From positions 47,859-111,858 of IMG/VR virus record IMGVR_UViG_3300003309_000009: a stretch of DNA of 64,000 nucleotides; one strand, written 5' to 3'. Source of the stretch: a virus. A program made the position numbers and the translations under genes. The notes under the pieces are model-generated. The model saw nothing but the letters and a program-made list of their open reading frames with translations. It ran no database searches and was not told the origin of the DNA. This document shows positions 28,536-37,280 of the stretch, in pieces (position 1 is the stretch's first letter; each line of letters starts with the position of its first letter).

Positions 28536-29747
28536 TTAAGCGTCTTTAGAAGCCTTCTCAGCAGCTTCTAGTGCTTCTACGTATTGTTTAAGAATCTTAA
28601 ACTCAGCACCACGTACACGTGCTGTTTGGTTAGATACGCGAATGAATAGACCGTAGTGGATTCGAATTGCATTGTTGATGAGGTTAGTGAATCCTGTACG
28701 GAATTTTTCCGAAAGCTTGGCTCCACGTAGTTCCTTATCAATAATATCAGAGGTCATGCGGATAGAATCTTTCCAAAGCTCACTAGAAGATTTAGAAATA
28801 ATTTCTTTAAACATCGAAGTGATGCCTTTATCCTGCTCTTTGATATCTTTAGCTGCGCGTAATACTTCAGCGTGGATTGATTTAAGGTCAGAGGCCTTCA
28901 TGTCCATTTCTTTCATAGCAACCGGCTGGATGTCAACTTTAGAGCTAAAGCCTTCGAGGCGACCATCACGTACCGATAGTTTAAAGTCAGCAGATAGCTT
29001 ACCTTCCAATGTGGTATAGGTATATTGCAAGCCATTACGATTATAGACGGTGGATTCAGCAGCCGCACCTTTAAAAATAGTATCGAGGGCAGCCTCAGTG
29101 CGCTTAATATCAAGGGTAACCGCGCTGATTTCATCCTTTTCACCGAGCCAAGACGTAACGACCGCCTCCATGGTCTTCTTAATTTTACCATTAAAGCGCT
29201 CAATGCTCTTTGATAGATTACCAACCAAAGGAATTTGCTTAGCATCCATATCAGGCATAGAAACTTTAACATCTTTAAAAGTTTCAGGTTTGATAGCTTC
29301 AAGACGTTTAACTAGACCACGACGGTTTTGAATCAAACCATTGATAAATTCTGTAACCGCCTTAGAAACTTTCTTAGCAAAAGCTACAATCTTATCCCAA
29401 GCTTTCTTAATTACCGCCATGACTTTATTATCAGGCTTTTCTTCATCTTTCGCTTCAGTAGCGAAAACAATAGGACCTTCGATTTCAATAGACTCAATGC
29501 CTAAAACCGAAACCGCATTATCAGCAGCCATTTGATAAGCAGCTTTAACATCTTCTTTATCTGTTGCAGTAAAGCCAGCTACCGCTGCCTCAAGACCTGC
29601 TACAACGCCTTGAAGAATATCGATGGTAGCTTCAACTTCGCTATCACCAATAACTGAGTCTAGCTCTTCATTGCTAAACACGTGATCATTATTTACAGCA
29701 TCATCATTAATGCTTTCAAAAGAGTGTTGTAAATCACCAATAGACAT
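28536..29747 (-). CDS. Inner-head/ejection protein, gp93-97 family paralog 1
   Basis: Acidic propeptide ending VFATE, then KKAWDKIVAFAKKV amphipathic helix. Likely start MSIGDLQ. Confidence 0.75.
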   Translation of the reverse strand: MSIGDLQHSFESINDDAVNNDHVFSNEELDSVIGDSEVEATIDILQGVVAGLEAAVAGFTATDKEDVKAAYQMAADNAVSVLGIESIEIEGPIVFATEAKDEEKPDNKVMAVIKKAWDKIVAFAKKVSKAVTEFINGLIQNRRGLVKRLEAIKPETFKDVKVSMPDMDAKQIPLVGNLSKSIERFNGKIKKTMEAVVTSWLGEKDEISAVTLDIKRTEAALDTIFKGAAAESTVYNRNGLQYTYTTLEGKLSADFKLSVRDGRLEGFSSKVDIQPVAMKEMDMKASDLKSIHAEVLRAAKDIKEQDKGITSMFKEIISKSSSELWKDSIRMTSDIIDKELRGAKLSEKFRTGFTNLINNAIRIHYGLFIRVSNQTARVRGAEFKILKQYVEALEAAEKASKDA

Positions 29748-29811
29748 ATTTTTTCTCACAATTGATTTTGAAATAAATTAGTAAAACTAATTAAGTTGCC
29801 TTACTACACAA

Positions 29812-31014
29812 TTAACCCGGGTTATCTTCTAAAGGACCTTTTAACAGCGCATTTGCATACTCTTTTAAGACAGCAAATTCAGCGGCGCGCATACGAGCAA
29901 CTTGAGAGCTAATTTTAGTGAATAAACCCCATACCGTACGTTCTAAAATAATTGAGGTTTCTGCAATAAACGCTGCAGTATACTCTACCCTAGAGTTAGT
30001 TTGTACAACAGCCATGCCTGAGTTTTGACCATTCTTAACAATTTCACCAAAGGAACGATTAGCAACTTCTTTCAGTGTAGATACAATAGTTCCATCACTC
30101 TCATGAAGACCGGTGATAGCCGATCTTAATGCAGTGGTCAGGTTACGAATATCATCCTCACTAAGTTTTTTAACTTTTGATGGCTTAATATTCACATCGA
30201 TCTTAGAAGACATACTGCTAATTCTAGGACCAGTTGCACCCACTGTTAGCGAGATTGAATCCTTAGTTAATTTATCGGTAATTACCAAAGAGCTAGTGTG
30301 GAAGGTAGGGTAGACGAATGCCTTCTCATAGCCATCAGGAACTAGATTAACTAAATCACCAACAACCTTATTCAGTACAAGTTCAGTTAGCTCTTTAGTA
30401 CCAGGATCCGTTTGAGCAATTTCACTATAGATGTTTAATATCTCATAAGGTAACTCTTTGTTCTTACGAATGAATTCCTCTAATAGGAAAGATAGTGTAC
30501 CAATACCGGATACCAGACGGTAGTCGTTTGTAAGATCGGGTATTAAATAATCCCCAGGTTTTAAATCCCCGCTCTCTAACTCTGAAAGCTTCTTAAGAAT
30601 ACGCTTCTTAGCACTAGGAAGCATTCCCAAGAACTTATTCACAGCCTTCATAACTACCTTAGAGAGTGCTTGAATTTTACTCCAGGCTTTCTTTAGGAAA
30701 GATAAGATCTTACCATCAGGGCTGCCCTCAGCTACCTCAGTAGCGATAGTAGGATAGTTATCAACAGAGATACTTTCTAAACCCAGTACAGAAATAGCAT
30801 TATCAGCGGCAAGTTGGAAGGCTTGTTTTACCTCAATATCTTCTGCCGCCTGATAATTCATGGCGGCACCTTCAAAACCGGCAATTGCACCTTGTAAAGT
30901 AGCAATGGTAGTTTCAATTTCAGAGTCTTGTGAAAACTCATTCAACTCCTCTAGAGTAATAGTAGCGATATTGTCGTCTGTTTCTACCACAGTATGTAGA
31001 TCTTGGATAGTCAC
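29812..31014 (-). CDS. Inner-head/ejection protein, paralog 2
   Basis: TIATE site, then KKAWSKIQALSK. Aligns with paralog 1 at both ends. GTG start. Confidence 0.75.
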   Translation of the reverse strand: MTIQDLHTVVETDDNIATITLEELNEFSQDSEIETTIATLQGAIAGFEGAAMNYQAAEDIEVKQAFQLAADNAISVLGLESISVDNYPTIATEVAEGSPDGKILSFLKKAWSKIQALSKVVMKAVNKFLGMLPSAKKRILKKLSELESGDLKPGDYLIPDLTNDYRLVSGIGTLSFLLEEFIRKNKELPYEILNIYSEIAQTDPGTKELTELVLNKVVGDLVNLVPDGYEKAFVYPTFHTSSLVITDKLTKDSISLTVGATGPRISSMSSKIDVNIKPSKVKKLSEDDIRNLTTALRSAITGLHESDGTIVSTLKEVANRSFGEIVKNGQNSGMAVVQTNSRVEYTAAFIAETSIILERTVWGLFTKISSQVARMRAAEFAVLKEYANALLKGPLEDNPG

Positions 31015-31023
31015 TATAAATCC

Positions 31024-32271
31024 TTATTTTGTTTTTAAGTTACTACGTTGTAATTTGATATAGGCTAGATATTGATTCATTAGCGGAATTAATCGTGCAT
31101 CGATAGTTTGTTGAGGTTCAAATAGGAACTTAGAGATCTTAAGAATATTGCCAGTTAATACCTTAGCTTTATTATAAGTCTCACCTAGCGCTTTACGATC
31201 CGCATCTGAGAGGGACATTAACTCTTTAGTCAATCTATCACCTTCTTTAAGATAAGCATCAACCATCTTGTTAGCGTCTTTAATGCCACCTTTATAGTCA
31301 CGCATTTGATTTGCTGCTGATCTTACAGTAGAACAGAGTTTAATAAGATCTCTGGCTTCCATAGCCTCAGCCTCATTATCAAATTTTTGATTAGGGTCAA
31401 CTGGATAGAAATTAAACTTAATAGAGAAGATTTCTTTCTGTTCGGTGCCCGCTACTTCTAATGTCTGAATGGCTGCTACAATCATCTCATCACCAGGCAG
31501 ATTGTCGGTAGATAAATAGATTGTCTTATCAGCATTAAATCGACTGTCTTTTAAGTCACTGAAACCGAGTCGTTTTAAGTTACTAATGTATGATTCAGCA
31601 TCAGCGTTCATTAACTCGGCAGCAGAGCCAAATGATTTCTTGGCCTCTTCTACTGTTTTTACAGAACGAGTCTTATACTTACCTAAGATGTTTTTCATCT
31701 CACGATGGACTTCTTTCTCAACAGTCTTAGCAGACATAATCTTCGATATAGATTTAATCCCACCCTGCGGATCAAGTTTACCTTTGTACGTCATCTTAGT
31801 AGCCATCGTCTCACCCAGTTCTAACTCTTTTAGGGATGGACTAACGGCGTTGTTTTTCTTTAACCACTTTTCTGTAGCTTCACAATAAGCAATAACTACC
31901 TCAAGGTCTCGCGTACGAGCTGCTGAGAATTCATTATACTTTTTAACTAACGCTAGAATTAGTGTGGTTAATTTCTTCCAAGCTTTAGAGATGACCTCTT
32001 TAAAGCCCTCAAGTGCAAATTCAGCAGCTTGTTGAATTTCTTCTTCCTCAAGGCCTTCTGTAGCGAATACGGTTGGATGGTGACCAACCAGCTCCGCATT
32101 TCTACGAATAGTACTTTGTAAAAACTCCATACCGCGCGGAGTGATTTTCTCTTTTTCCATTTGAGCTTTACTCTGCTCAAAGAATACTTCCATGCCGTTT
32201 AAGATGGTTTGAATGTAGTCTATCATATTACCCAGACTATCCATCTCATCACGACTCATTGCATTGTTCAT
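31024..32271 (-). CDS. Inner-head/ejection protein, paralog 3
   Basis: VFATE and FALE|G sites, then SKAWKKL; TDNLPGD motif of the family. Confidence 0.75.
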   Translation of the reverse strand: MNNAMSRDEMDSLGNMIDYIQTILNGMEVFFEQSKAQMEKEKITPRGMEFLQSTIRRNAELVGHHPTVFATEGLEEEEIQQAAEFALEGFKEVISKAWKKLTTLILALVKKYNEFSAARTRDLEVVIAYCEATEKWLKKNNAVSPSLKELELGETMATKMTYKGKLDPQGGIKSISKIMSAKTVEKEVHREMKNILGKYKTRSVKTVEEAKKSFGSAAELMNADAESYISNLKRLGFSDLKDSRFNADKTIYLSTDNLPGDEMIVAAIQTLEVAGTEQKEIFSIKFNFYPVDPNQKFDNEAEAMEARDLIKLCSTVRSAANQMRDYKGGIKDANKMVDAYLKEGDRLTKELMSLSDADRKALGETYNKAKVLTGNILKISKFLFEPQQTIDARLIPLMNQYLAYIKLQRSNLKTK

Positions 32272-32320
32272 AATAGATTCCTATTATTAGTAAATTAGTT
32301 TAGGCTATATGATTCGGGTA

Positions 32321-32349
32321 AAAAGACCTCCCGTAATGGGAGGTCTTTT
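32321..32349 (-). terminator. Intrinsic terminator
   Basis: AAAAGACCTCCC-GTAAT-GGGAGGTCTTTT. Confidence 0.85.
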
Positions 32350-32368
32350 ATGAACTTAGAAAACTACA

Positions 32369-33601
32369 TTAAGCAGCTTCGATGTTCTTCAAGCAAGCAG
32401 CAGCGAATGCGTAAGACTGTTTAACAGTACCGTATTCACGTGAAGCTAGTTGTTGAGTCAAAGAAGTGGTCTTAGTAAGGGCAGTACCCATAGCTTTAAC
32501 CTTAGCCATTGCCGCAGCAACTTTATTTTCTTCTTTAGAAGCTTCTGCATCTCTAGAAGCCTTCTCAAGTGCTTTCAAAACACTCTTTTCATTCTTCTCA
32601 ACAGCTTTACCACCTTCGTGTGCTTTGTCGATAGCATCAAGTGCTTTCTTAGCAGCAGCGGCGACATCCATGATACCTTTCTGATCAAGAGCAGATACCT
32701 TAACACCACCTTTGAACTCACCGTCTTTGGCAGTAGATACAACTTTAACGTCACCCATTAGGACGCCTTTGTCATCAGAAGAAAGAGAAACAACAGTTTT
32801 GTAGTTACCTACTTTAGATTCTTTGGTATGAACAATCTTACCGTCTTCTTCTTTACCGCCTTTTAGGACAGCCTTAGCAACTTCGTTTACGTCGAAAGTT
32901 TTGTCTTCACCAGCAGTTTTACTTGCAGACTCGATGCTTTCCATTAATGAAACACCAAAGCCAACGCCTTCAGAACCACCTAGACTACCTAGTGCTTTAA
33001 CCAGATCAAGTTTACCACCATCAGTAAGAGCCATAGCTTGTGCTTCAGATAGTTCAAGTTGACTTTCTTTAACGCTACCTTCGGTCTCTTCAGCTTTCTT
33101 AGCCAATTTATCCCAAGCTTCAACCTGGCGACCTTTACCTTGTACCACAGCTTTGAAGAAACCTTTGATCTTAGCGATCAATTTATTCATCATTTCTTTG
33201 GTAGCTTCCCACACTTTACGAACACGAGCTTTCATGTCTTCAGTAGCAATTGTGGTCATTTCTAAGCGACCATTGGCCTCTTCGAAAGATTCTAATGCAG
33301 GAGTATCGAATTTCATCTTAACCAATGCACCAGCATTCTCTGCAGCGATGGTTGCCCATACTGCTTCACCATGAGTCATACCGCCGTTTTCTTTGGCAGC
33401 TTCAAGACCTGCGATAACAGTTTGAAAACCAGCAGCAGTAGCTTCTAATACATGGATGTCATTTTTAACATCAGCGATTGCCATTTCAGCAGCAACGATG
33501 TGTTGATCATACTCTTCTACAGAAACAACGTCGTTGCCTTCAGCAGTAGTAGTATCATTTTTTAGTTCTTCGAAAGAATGTTGTAAGTCAGCAATAGACA
33601 T
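32369..33601 (-). CDS. Inner-head/ejection protein, paralog 4 (probably the most abundant)
   Basis: PALE|SF and TIATE|D sites, then KVWEATKEMMNKLIAKIKGFF. Biased codon use by eye and its own terminator. Likely start MSIADLQ. Confidence 0.78.
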   Translation of the reverse strand: MSIADLQHSFEELKNDTTTAEGNDVVSVEEYDQHIVAAEMAIADVKNDIHVLEATAAGFQTVIAGLEAAKENGGMTHGEAVWATIAAENAGALVKMKFDTPALESFEEANGRLEMTTIATEDMKARVRKVWEATKEMMNKLIAKIKGFFKAVVQGKGRQVEAWDKLAKKAEETEGSVKESQLELSEAQAMALTDGGKLDLVKALGSLGGSEGVGFGVSLMESIESASKTAGEDKTFDVNEVAKAVLKGGKEEDGKIVHTKESKVGNYKTVVSLSSDDKGVLMGDVKVVSTAKDGEFKGGVKVSALDQKGIMDVAAAAKKALDAIDKAHEGGKAVEKNEKSVLKALEKASRDAEASKEENKVAAAMAKVKAMGTALTKTTSLTQQLASREYGTVKQSYAFAAACLKNIEAA

Positions 33602-33617
33602 AACGGATATATCCTTT

Positions 33618-34070
33618 TTAATTAAATTTACTATTGATATCAATTAAGACTTTAGCCGCACGAAGCATGTCGTGTAAACCATTAGGCCTTGTTACCCAGT
33701 GGTACATGATACGCCCTTTTGAAGCTTCACGTTTCGGCAGTTTTAACGTCTCACACAATGTGTCAACTTTAGATTGAAATTCACACTGCAGCGCCTCAAT
33801 TTCCCTAGCGGTACATTTTTCAGGATAGGCGTCTAACATAGGAACCCATGATTCCGGTAGATAGCGCCATTTCCCTGTACTTATGTTGTCGACAACATTA
33901 CAAATGAATTCCCAGTAGATTTTAGAATGAGAGGCACATTCATCAAATCTGAAATCCATCGCAGAGATAAGATCTAGAAGATCGCATGGATCCTCTAGAG
34001 TATTGGTTTCAGTATACTCTTTATAAAGAGCATCTACTAATTCTTTACATTCAGGGGTAACAGTCATCAT
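33618..34070 (-). CDS. Conserved hypothetical protein (gp91/92 region)
   Basis: 150 aa, ends HWVTRPNGLHDMLRAAKVL; synteny. Confidence 0.65.
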   Translation of the reverse strand: MMTVTPECKELVDALYKEYTETNTLEDPCDLLDLISAMDFRFDECASHSKIYWEFICNVVDNISTGKWRYLPESWVPMLDAYPEKCTAREIEALQCEFQSKVDTLCETLKLPKREASKGRIMYHWVTRPNGLHDMLRAAKVLIDINSKFN

Positions 34071-34075
34071 AGTGC

Positions 34076-34987
34076 TTATACCCCTTCTTCAAATCGCTCA
34101 ATCTTTTGTTCAATTCGACTAGATTTGTTGGTATAGTATTGAATTGATTTAGCAATGGCTTTCTTACGCTCATCGCTTAAGTCGCCACCTTCATCACGTT
34201 CTTCTTCTAGAGCACGAATCATCAAATTGATACGATTAATATCTTCATGACGCTTTTCATTCATAGCGACACGCCAGCCATTGATAGCAATGCCTACTTG
34301 ATAGAAGATATGACCTAGACCTGGAATCAAACCAGTCTCTAATGGATCAAGTTTACGACCATTGGCTGTGCGGATGGCCTTCCACTCATCTGGGTCATAT
34401 GAATGCCCTTCCAACTTATCAATGCGCTTGATAAAGTCATTAAGTGGGGTAGTGAGCATTTTTACCACACGACCAAATGAGTCAATGTTTACAGGATCTG
34501 AAACATATGCAATTTCACGCTTATCCAACGGCTTTACGATGGCCTTGGCTAATGCTGGAGAATACTCTTGCATAACTAAAGCCGGTAGTAGTTGCATTAC
34601 ATACGTATTGAAAAATGCGATAGCTTCTAAATATCGAATAATATTAATCATTCGATAATCTAATGTTTCTTTTAGAATAGTTTTACCGAAAGACTTCTCA
34701 ATCAGAGTTTCAATCTTCTCTTCATTATCCGCAATGATATCAATAATCATTGCAATAGAAGAATAAAGTTCCCCGGTATAATCGGCAAATCGGCGATTTA
34801 ATGTACGCTCGATACTCTTTGCCAAATCGTTAGTAAAAGTAACACCGTTATCTAAGTTATATAGAGGTCGGATGGTACTATCCAGTGTTTCAAAGTTTGC
34901 CATTGTATCCTGCATCATTTCAGCACGATCAATGGAAGGACGTAGACTTTCAACAAAGCTGCCCAGAGTATCAATTACCTTAGCCAT
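34076..34987 (-). CDS. Inner-head protein (gp90-like)
   Basis: 303 aa; DPLETGLIPGLGHIFYQVG followed by a C-terminal coiled coil; synteny. Confidence 0.65.
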   Translation of the reverse strand: MAKVIDTLGSFVESLRPSIDRAEMMQDTMANFETLDSTIRPLYNLDNGVTFTNDLAKSIERTLNRRFADYTGELYSSIAMIIDIIADNEEKIETLIEKSFGKTILKETLDYRMINIIRYLEAIAFFNTYVMQLLPALVMQEYSPALAKAIVKPLDKREIAYVSDPVNIDSFGRVVKMLTTPLNDFIKRIDKLEGHSYDPDEWKAIRTANGRKLDPLETGLIPGLGHIFYQVGIAINGWRVAMNEKRHEDINRINLMIRALEEERDEGGDLSDERKKAIAKSIQYYTNKSSRIEQKIERFEEGV

Positions 34988-35011
34988 TGAATTTCCTATA
35001 CATTTAAAAGT

Positions 35012-36118
35012 TTATAGTGTTGCAGCAGCGCCGCTGTTGTAAGCCTTAATGATTTCGTTAATGTCCGAACCATTTGCTCGTTTAGCATTATCTTTAACGT
35101 CATCTAACGTGTACATTCCATAGTCTGAAATACCACGCTGATAAATAGTAAAGCGTTCCATTTCAACATCAACCACAACCAACATTGACATTGTGTTATC
35201 ACGGAAGAACTTCTCACGTACTGTTGATTTAGATAACTTACCACGAAGGCTAATTTCTAACTCCTTGGCCGTACGTTTAGTAATGATTGTAAACGCAGCA
35301 ACACGGTTAGGGGTTGGGTTGCGGTTACGAAGCATTGCCATAACGCCTTTTGATTCACGGTTGCGAACTTCTAACAGGGTGCCAGTCTTATCAGCCAGTA
35401 AAGCTTTACGATCTTTTTCGATAAGATCCATGGTTAGAACATAGTCACGCCAGAAACGTAGTTCACCAGCACGCCATTGCCAGTAGCGACCTTTGACAGA
35501 GCGATCAGCGTTACGCATATCCTGGATAGCTAGAAACTCGCTAGATGTGATTTCCTTTGGATACATTGTAACTTTAACTGGGATAATCGTGGTCTGACCA
35601 TTTGAAGTAATTTTAACTTCAATTAATTTACCCACTGCTAGATTCACTGCATCAGTAATACCCGCTTTAAGATCCTTATTAGCAGGGCTGATAGAAACAC
35701 TGTCTTTACGACCTTCTTTACGTTCTTCAGTAGCAATATCATCACCGCTGAAATCTGGAAGAGATGCTGCTTCTGGATCAATTGACTCTAATGCAAGTGT
35801 AGTTTCTTCTAGATGTTCAAAACCAATTTTGCGGCTAGTTGAGAATTGATCCAATAACTGCATTACATTAACTTCGCCTACATTAACTGTTTGGTTAATG
35901 GCACGTAAGTAGTCTGCGGTAAAGATTGATAGTAGGGTCTGTAGAAGACCAGTAAGTAAGACACCGTCTACGGTTCTTACTGAGTTTTCAATTAATACCA
36001 CCGGGGCCAATCTTGTGTTGGCCGTGTATTCAGGAAGCGATGCATTGTTTGCACGCTGGGCGGTGTCTACGGTCTTTGACACCATTTCATAAATAGTATT
36101 TAATTCACTTGTACCCAT
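35012..36118 (-). CDS. Inner-body protein (gp89-like)
   Basis: LAVGKLIEV and RYWQWRAGELRFWRDYVL motifs; ALE|S and ATE|E sites. Confidence 0.72.
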   Translation of the reverse strand: MGTSELNTIYEMVSKTVDTAQRANNASLPEYTANTRLAPVVLIENSVRTVDGVLLTGLLQTLLSIFTADYLRAINQTVNVGEVNVMQLLDQFSTSRKIGFEHLEETTLALESIDPEAASLPDFSGDDIATEERKEGRKDSVSISPANKDLKAGITDAVNLAVGKLIEVKITSNGQTTIIPVKVTMYPKEITSSEFLAIQDMRNADRSVKGRYWQWRAGELRFWRDYVLTMDLIEKDRKALLADKTGTLLEVRNRESKGVMAMLRNRNPTPNRVAAFTIITKRTAKELEISLRGKLSKSTVREKFFRDNTMSMLVVVDVEMERFTIYQRGISDYGMYTLDDVKDNAKRANGSDINEIIKAYNSGAAATL

Positions 36119-36153
36119 TTTAAGTTAATCCTTTCAGTCGGAGTTTATAGGCT

Positions 36154-37278
36154 ATGGAAAACGAGAAAAACAGAGGACCCCTAGTTCTCAAAGAAAACGC
36201 TTATCCTACTGAGGGAGATATCATATCCCGTCAAAATGGTCAGGGTGGCTTGGGGTCTTCAATATATACAATAATGAAGGGTGTTAATATTAATGCCGGT
36301 ATTCCGACTTTACCTCCAAATATTGAGAACCCCGGTTATCTATTCTTTACAAAACCTAGGTTCAATCTAACGCCTCAAAATTGTGACCATGTGAGAAAGC
36401 TTTCATATCTTAAAGATAGAAGTGCTAATAGTTTTTCTAATGCCATACGATGTATGTTAATGCCACCTGGAACCTGGCTAGTAAACGGTGTTGATGTTGA
36501 TAATAGCAGAAGTAACCTAGTGGATGATAATAGCCCGTGGATTACGTTATTAACTGGTAGTTGTCTAACTGTTTCCGGCTGGCCAGTAATCGCGCCAGAA
36601 ACTCATACGAGTGAGCCAGGTATCCGTAAGCAGGTTCAATCGTGGATGGATGCCCCGCCTTGGCACTATGGTGACTTCAATCTTACTGCAACCTTTGTTA
36701 ACATGGCGGGTGATCCAATTAGTCGACTTTTTGATACCTGGGTTGAGTATATGGGTAACCTTGCTCTTGGTACAATTATTCCTACCTTTAAAAATATGGT
36801 TAATCGTCGTATTGACTATAATACAAGAATATATCGATTAGTCATGGATCGTAGTAGAAAATATATTGAAGGTATGGCAATGGTAGGCGCTGCTTACCCA
36901 CTGAATTCTCCCTTGGCTGAGAAGTTTAATTATAACATTGAAACGGCCATCACCCCCGACGTTAATCAGGTAACTGTTGAGTTTAAAGCCATCGGTGCCT
37001 ATTATAACGACCCAATTGTTATTAGTCAGTTTAATAGAACTACCACCAGATTCTTACCTGAGCTAGCTATTTCCGCTAATCGGTATTCTCCTGGGGAAAA
37101 TAATCTATCAAATACTAACTACCCTTTTACAAAACTACCAGATAGCATGAAGTCGCTGTTCGTTGAAGCATACCCTTGGATTGAAGAGGATAAGAATGCT
37201 GGTGGCCGATATGAGCTGGAGTGGTATGTAAAAACAACTGATTATAATGAAATGTTTAACCTTATTAAAGGAAACTAA
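36154..37278 (+). CDS. Virion tail/baseplate protein (gp88-like)
   Basis: GYLFFTKPRFNL and RRIDYNTRIYRLVMD motifs; divergent from the gp89-like gene. Confidence 0.68.
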   Translation: MENEKNRGPLVLKENAYPTEGDIISRQNGQGGLGSSIYTIMKGVNINAGIPTLPPNIENPGYLFFTKPRFNLTPQNCDHVRKLSYLKDRSANSFSNAIRCMLMPPGTWLVNGVDVDNSRSNLVDDNSPWITLLTGSCLTVSGWPVIAPETHTSEPGIRKQVQSWMDAPPWHYGDFNLTATFVNMAGDPISRLFDTWVEYMGNLALGTIIPTFKNMVNRRIDYNTRIYRLVMDRSRKYIEGMAMVGAAYPLNSPLAEKFNYNIETAITPDVNQVTVEFKAIGAYYNDPIVISQFNRTTTRFLPELAISANRYSPGENNLSNTNYPFTKLPDSMKSLFVEAYPWIEEDKNAGGRYELEWYVKTTDYNEMFNLIKGN

Positions 37279-37280
37279 AC

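Noticed and set aside
36166-36180. 15-nt perfect complement (AAAAACAGAGGACCC) to the 3' arm of the candidate sRNA terminator, in codons 5-9 of the gp88-like gene
   Set aside because: The matching bases are locked in the terminator stem and a third of the match is an A/T run. A single hit found by eye is likely chance unless conserved.
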